From the human T2T-CHM13v2.0 reference genome, Homo sapiens: a DNA stretch of 64,000 nucleotides. This document shows positions 56,871 to 64,000 of the stretch, in pieces (position 1 is the stretch's first letter; every line of letters starts with the position of its first letter). Both the position numbers and the translations under genes were made by a program. Location of the stretch: assembly GCF_009914755.1 (NCBI RefSeq), contig NC_060940.1; one strand, written 5' to 3'. The notes under the pieces are model-generated. The model worked only from the letters and a program-made list of their open reading frames with translations. It did no database searches and was not told the DNA's origin.

Positions 56871-59800
56871 GGTTCCACAGGTTTCCATTCGTGTCCATTC
56901 CATTATTCCATTCTATTCCATTTGATGATGATTCCATTCGATTCCATTCATTGGTGATTCCACTCAATTCCATTCAATGATTCCATTCCATTTCTTTCAA
57001 CAATGATTCCATTAGTTTCTAATCGATGATCCACTTGATTCCATTTGACGACGATTCCATTCTTGTCCATTCGATGATTCCATTTGATTCCATATGATGA
57101 TGATTCCATTCGATTCCATACGATGATGATTCCAATCGAGTCCATTCAATGGTGATTCCATTCAATTCCATTCGATGATTCCTTTTGATTCCATTCGATG
57201 ATGATGGCATTCGATTCCTTTCAATCATTCCCTTTGATTCCATTCAAAGGTGATTTCATTCAAGTCCATTCGATAATTGCATTCGATTCCATTCTATGAT
57301 GATTCCATTCGAGTCCATTTGATGATTCCATTCAATTCAAGTCAATGATGATTCCATTCGATTCCATTCGATGATTCCATTGGATTCCATTCGATGATGA
57401 TTCCATTCAAATCCATTCGATAATTCAATTCAAGTCCATTCGATGATGATTCCAATCGAATCCATTCAAAGATTCCATTCAGTTCCATTCGATGATTCCC
57501 TTAGATTCCATTCGATGATTCCACTTGATTCCATTTACGATGATTCCATTCGATTCCATGTGATGATTCCATTCAATTCTATTCAATGATGTCTCCATTT
57601 GATTCCATTCGCCCATGATTGCCTTTGATTCCATTCAATGATTCCATTCGGTTCCGTTTGATGATGATTCCGTTCGATTCCATTTGATGATTCCATTTGA
57701 TTCCATTGGATGTGTCCATTCGAGTGCATTAGATGATTCCATTCGAGTCCATTCGATGATTCCATTCGATTCCATTCGATGTTGATTCTGTTCAAATCCA
57801 TTCCATGATTCCACTCGATTCCATTCGATGACTCCATTTGATCCCATTCGATGATTTCCTTTGATTCCCTTTGATGATCATTCCATTTGATTCAATTCGG
57901 TGATTTCATTTGATTCCATTCAGTGATGTTTCCATTCGACTCCATTCGATGATGATTCCATTCGACTCCATTCGATTATGATTTCATTCAATTCCATTCG
58001 ATAATGATTCCCTTCGTGTCCATTCGATGATTCCATTCGATTCCATTCAATGATGATTTGATTCGTGTCCATTCGATGATTCCATTTGATTCCACTTGAT
58101 GATGATTCCATTCGAGTCCATTTGATGATTCCCTTCAATTCCATACTCCGATGATTTCTTTTCAGCCCACTCAATGCTTCCACTCGATTCCATATGATGA
58201 TGACTCCATTCGATGGAATTCGATGATGATTCCATTCGCTTGCTTTCGATGATGATTCCACTTGAGTCCGTTAGAAGATTCTATTCAATTACATTCCATG
58301 ACGATTCCGTTCGAGTCCATTTGATGATTCCATTAGACTCCATTCAACGATGATTCCATTCGATGTTATTCGATGATTCCATTCGATCTCATTCGATGAT
58401 GATTCCATTCAACTCCATTCGATGTTTCCATTCGAGTTCATTCTATTATTCCATTAGATTCCATTCGATGATGATTCCATTCGATTCCATTTGATGATTG
58501 CATTCTATTTCATTTGATGATGATTCCATTCGAGTCCACTCGATGATTCCATTCGAGTCCATTTAATGAATCCATTGGTTTCAATTCTATGATGATTACA
58601 TTGGATTCCATTCGTTGATGATTTCATTCGGTTCCATTCAATGATGATTCCATTCAATTCCTTTCAATGTTTCCATTCAATTCCATACGATGATGATTCC
58701 ATTTGATTTGATTCGACAGTGAGCCATTCGATTCAATTCCATGATGATTCTATTTGATTCAATTGGTTGACATTTCCATTCGATTCCATTCGATGATGAT
58801 TCCCTTTGATTCCATTCAAAGATGATTCCATTCTAGCCCATTCAATCATTCCATTCGATTCTATTCAATGATGATTCCATTCATGTCGATTTGGTGATTC
58901 CATTTGACTTCATTTGATGATGATTCCTTTCAAGTTCATTAGATGATTCCATTCGATTCCATTTGATGATGATCCCATTCGAGTCCATTCAGTGATTCCA
59001 TTCGTTTCCATTCCATGATGATTCCATTCCATTCCATTCAATGATTCCATTCGATTCCGTTTGATGATGATTTCATTCGAGTCCATTTGATGATTCCATT
59101 TGATTCCATTCGATGATGATTCCATTCGAGTCCATTCGATGATTCTATTCGAATCCATTTGATGATTTCTTTTGATTATAGTTGGTGATGATTCCATTGG
59201 AGTCCATTCAATGATTCCATTCGATTCCAATCGATGGTGATTCCATTAGAGTCCATTTAATGATTCCATTTGATTCCAGTCTCTGATGATTACATTCGAG
59301 TCCATACGATGATTCCACTCAATTCCATATGATGATGATTCCATTCGATTCCATTCGATGATTCCATTCTATTCTATTCAATGGTGATTCCATTCGAGTA
59401 CATTAGATGATTCCATTCGATTCCATTCAATGATGATTCTATTTGTGTCCCTTAGATGATTCCACATGATTCCATTAGATGATGATACTATTTGAGCCCA
59501 TCCAATGATTCCCTTCGATTCCGTTCGATGAGGATTCCATTCGATTCAATTCATTGGTGATTCTATTCAATTCAATTCTTTGATTCCATTCTATTCCATT
59601 CGACAATGATTCCATTCGATTTCTTTCGATGATTCCACTCGATTCCACTTGACATTGATTCCATTCGATTCCATTCAATGATTCCATTTGATTCCAGTGG
59701 ATGATGATTGCCATCGATTCCATTCGATCACTCCATTCTATTCCATTTGATGATGATTACATTCGATTCCATTTGATGATTCCATCTGATTCTATTCGAG

Positions 59801-62800
59801 GATTCCATTTGATTCCATTCGATGATGATTCCATTCGAGTCCATTCGATGATTTCATTCGAGTACATCCAATGATTCCATTCGAGTCCATTTGATGATTC
59901 CATTTGATTCCATTTGATTATGATTCTACTAGAGTCCATTCAATGACTCCATTCGAGTCCATTCAACAATTCCATTCGACTCCATTCGATGATTCCATTC
60001 GATTCCATTTGATGATTCCATTCGAGTCCATTTAATCATTACAGTCGAGTCCATTTGGTGATTCCACTGGAATTCTTTTGATAATGATATCATTCAATTA
60101 CATTTGATGACGATCCCATTCAATTTCATTTGATGATGATTCCATTAGAGTCCATTCGATGATTTCATTCGAGTCCCTTCATTGATTCCATCCGATTTCA
60201 TTGGATGATGACTCCATTCGAGTCCATTCGATGATTCCACTCGATTCCATTAGATGATTCCATTGGAGTCCATTTGATTGTTCCATTCGATTCCATTCGA
60301 TTCCTTTCGAAGATTATTCCATTTGAGTCCGTTCGATGATGATTCCATTCCATTCCATTCGATGATTCCGTTTGATTCCATTCGATGATTCCCTTCGATT
60401 CCTTTCTTTGACGATTCCATTCCATTCCATTCAATGATTCCATTCGAATCTATTCCATGATGATTCCTTTCGATTCCATTCGCTGATGTTTCCGTTCAAT
60501 TCCATTCGATGATGATTCCATTCGATTCCATTCATTGAGGATTCCATTTGATTCCATTCAATGATGATTCCATTCTATTCCATTCAAAGATTGCATTCAA
60601 TTCCATTCAATGGTTATCCCATTAGAGTAAACTCAACGATTCCATTCAATACCATTCGATGATGATTCCTTTTGAGTCCATTCAATGATTTCATTCAAGT
60701 CCATTTGATGATTCCTTTCAATTCCATTCTATGATGATTCCATTCGAGTCCATTCGATGATTCCATTCGATTGCATTCGATGATTCCATTATATTCCATT
60801 CAACGATGATTCCATTCGAGTCCATTCGATGATTCCATTAGAGTACATTTAATGATTGCTTTGTTTTCAATTCGAAGATGATTACATTCGATTCCATTCT
60901 ATGATACCATTCGATTCCATTCAATGATGACTCCACTCAAATCCATTGGATGATTCCATTCGTGTCCATTCGGTGATTTCATTAGATTCCATTCGAGGAT
61001 GATTCCATTCGATTCCATTCGATGATTCCATTCAATTCCATTCGATGATGATTCCATTCGAGTCCATATGATCATTCCATTTGATTTCATTCGATGATGA
61101 TTCCATTCGATTCCATTCGACGATTCCATTCTATTCCATTCGATGATGATTCCATTCGAGTCCATTCGATCATTCCATTCGAGTCCATTTAATAATTCCA
61201 TTATGTTCAATTCAATGATGATTACATTGGATTCCGTTCTATGATTCCATTCAATTCCGTTCATTGACAATTTGATTCCATTCGATGATGATTCCATTTG
61301 AGTTCATTCGATGATTCTATTCGATTCTCTTCGATGGTGATTCAATTCTATTATATTGGATGATTCCATTTGATTCCATTTGATGTTGATTCAATTCGAT
61401 TCTATTCGATGATGATTCCATTGGATTTCACTTGATGATTCTATTCGATTCCATTCAATGATGATTCACTTCTCGTCCATTGGAGGATTCCATTTCATTC
61501 CATTCAATGATGATTCCATTCGATTCCATTCGATGATTCCATTTGATTCCATGCGACGGTGAGCAATTCGATTCAATTCCATGATGATTCTATTTGATTC
61601 AATTAGATGATGTTTCCATTCGAATCCATTCCATGATTATTCCATTGGAATCCATTCGGCGATGATTCCATATGAGTCAATTCAATGATGATTCCATATG
61701 GGTCCGTTCGATGATAATTCCATTTGATTTCATTCGATGCTTCTATTCAATTCCAGTCGATGATGATTCCGTTGGAGTCCATACGATGATTCCATTTGAT
61801 TTCATTTGATGATGATTCCATTCGATTCCATTCGATGATGATTACATTGGATTCCATTCTATGATTCCATTCAATTCCATTCGTTGATGATTCGATTCCA
61901 TTGAATGATGTTTCCATTTGAGTTCATTCGATGATTCTATTCGATTCCGTTCGATGGTGATTCAATTCTCTTATATTAGATGATTCCACTCGATTCCATT
62001 TGATGATTATTCCATTGGAGTCCACTTAGTGAATCCTTTAGATTCTACTCGAAGATGATTCCATTTGAGTCCATTCGATGATACCATTCAATTCCATTCG
62101 TTGATGCTTCCATTCAAGTGCATTCGATGATATCATTCGATTCCATTTGATGATAATTCCATTTGATTCCATGCGATGATTCTATTCGATTCCATTCAAT
62201 GATAATTCCATTCAATTCAGTGATTCCTCTGGACTCCATTTGATGATGATTCCATTCAATGATTCCATTCGATTCTATTCGAAAATGATTCCATTTGAAT
62301 CCATTTGATGATGATTCCATTAGATTCCATTTGATGATTCCATTCGATTCCATTCGACGATGATTCCATTCGATTCCATTTGATGATTCCATTCTATTCT
62401 ATTCGATGATGATTCCATTCGATTCCATTCGATGATGATTGGATTCGATTCCATTTGATGATTTCATTTGATTCCATTCGTTAATGATTTCGATCAATTC
62501 CATTTGATGATTCCATTCGATTCCATTCGATAATGATTACATCCGAGTCCATTCGATGATTCCATTTGAGCCTGTTCGATATTTCCATTTGAGTCCAATC
62601 AATGATTCCATTCATATCCATTCAATGATTCCATTCGAGTCCATTTGATCATTCCGGTAGGGTCCATTCGATGTTGATTCCATTGGAGTGCATTCGATGA
62701 TTCCATTCGAGTCCATTTTAGGATTTGATTCGAGTCCTTTCGATGATTCCATTCGATTCCACTCGATGATCATTTCATTCGAGTCCATTCGACACTTCCA

Positions 62801-62966
62801 ATCGATTCCATTTGATGTTTCCATTCGAGTCCAATTGATGATTCCATTCAATTCCATTCGATGATGATTCCGTACGATTCCATTCTGTGATGATTCCATG
62901 TGATTGCATTCAATGATGATTCCTTTCGATTGCATTTGATTATGATTCATTTCGTGTTCATTCTAT
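56871..62966 (+). repeat. Complete HOR unit, 6096 bp
   Basis: Landmark spacing is 6096. It carries the same 26-bp deletion (~57710) as the 15136 unit. Confidence 0.92.
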
Positions 62967-64000
62967 GGTTCCACAGGATTCCATTCGTGTCCATTCCATT
63001 ATTCCATTCTATTCCATTTTATGATGATTCCATTCGATTCCATTCATTGGTGATTCCACTCAATTCCATTCAATGATTCCATTCCATTTCTTTCAACAAT
63101 GATTCCATTAGTTTCTAATCGAAGATCCACTTGATTCCATTTGACGACGATTCCATTCTTGTCCATTCGATGATTCCATTTGATTCCATATGATGATGAT
63201 TCCATTCGATTCCATACGATGATGATTCCATTCGAGTCCATTAAATGGTGATTCCATTCAATTCCATTCGATGATTCCCTTAGATTCCATTCGATGATTC
63301 CACTTGATTCCATTTACGATGATTCCATTCTATTCCATGTGATGATTCCATTCAATTCTATTCAATGATGTTTCCATTTGATTCCATTCGACCATGATTG
63401 CCTTTGATTCCATTCAATGATTCCGTTCGGTTCCTTTTGAGGATGATTCCGTTCGATTCCATTTGATGATTCCATTTGATTCCATTGGATGAGTCCATTC
63501 GATTACATTCGATGATTATTCCATTCGGGTGCATTAGAAGATCCCATTCGAGTCCATTCGATGATTCCATTCGATTCCATTCGATGTTGATTCTGTTCAA
63601 ATCCATTCGATGATTCCACTCGATTCCATTCGATGACTCCATTTGATCCCATTCGATGATTTCCTGTGATTCCCTTTGATGATCATTCCATTTGATTCAA
63701 TTCGGTGATTTCGTTTGATTCCATTCTGTGATGTTTCCATTCGACTCCATTCGATGATGATTCCATTCGACTCCATTCGATTATGATTTCATTCAATTCC
63801 ATTCGATAATGATTCCCTTCGAGTCCATTCGATGATTCCATTCGATTCCATTCAACGATGATTTGATTCGTGTCCATTCGATGATTCCATTTGATTCCAC
63901 TTGATGATGATTCCATTCGAGTCCATTTGATGATTCCATTCAATTCCATTCTCCGATGATTTCTTTTGAGCCCACTCAATGCTTCCACTCGATTCCATAT

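Larger units (their letters stand above)
1..64000 (+). repeat. Human Satellite 2 (HSat2/HSATII) pericentromeric array, probably the ~6-kb HOR (HSat2B / 16q11.2-like) type
   Basis: Continuous diverged CATTC pentamers in the HSat2-diagnostic arrangement CATTCGATTC/CATTCGAGTC + GATGAT(GAT), forming ~23- and 26-bp units rich in TCGA. The same strand is used throughout. The family call is firm. The subfamily and chromosome call rests only on the ~6.05-kb period. Confidence 0.97.

Noticed and set aside
435-63988. The many short ORFs (60-132 aa, MESSNGIEWNH-like), almost all on the minus strand
   Set aside because: These are translation artefacts. The minus strand GAATGGAATC supplies frequent ATGs and few stops, while + is full of TGA. 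The ORFs overlap in several frames, recur with the HOR, and open or close with random variants (e.g. the 82-aa ORF is lost at ~6600 and ~48320). I used them only as coordinate markers.
1-64000. CRISPR-like array of 23-26-bp repeats
   Set aside because: There are no unique spacers, leader or cas genes. The repeats are contiguous diverged satellite monomers.
1-64000. Inversion or strand switch; alpha satellite or CENP-B boxes
   Set aside because: I saw no GAATG-oriented tract on + and no 171-bp alphoid monomers or CENP-B box.

Overview
The whole 64 kb window is one uninterrupted, single-orientation array of classical Human Satellite 2 (HSat2/HSATII). It is CATTC-derived, built from about 23/26-bp CATTCGATTCCATTCGATGAT(GAT)TC units, with the pyrimidine-rich strand on +. 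It carries a higher-order repeat (HOR) of about 6.0-6.1 kb: the landmark GGTTCCACAGG lies at 9088, 15136, 21158, 27221, 32740, 38775, 42902, 50814, 56871 and 62967. From recall, this period best fits the HSat2B-type array of human 16q11.2, but that assignment is an inference. I see no genes, RNA genes, transposons or CRISPR arrays, and all listed ORFs are satellite artefacts. I find no evidence of a new coding biological system. The interest is structural. There are deletion-derived HOR variants, a roughly 14-kb block duplicated at an offset of 41.7 kb, and further duplications at offsets of 28.1 and 34.9 kb. There is also a roughly 3-kb near-identical tract shared by neighbouring units, a divergent HSat2 segment of about 0.9/1.9 kb in a distinct central domain, older sub-repeats inside the HOR, and recurrent DUX4 consensus sites. 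Breakpoints were read by eye and are approximate (about +/-50 bp).
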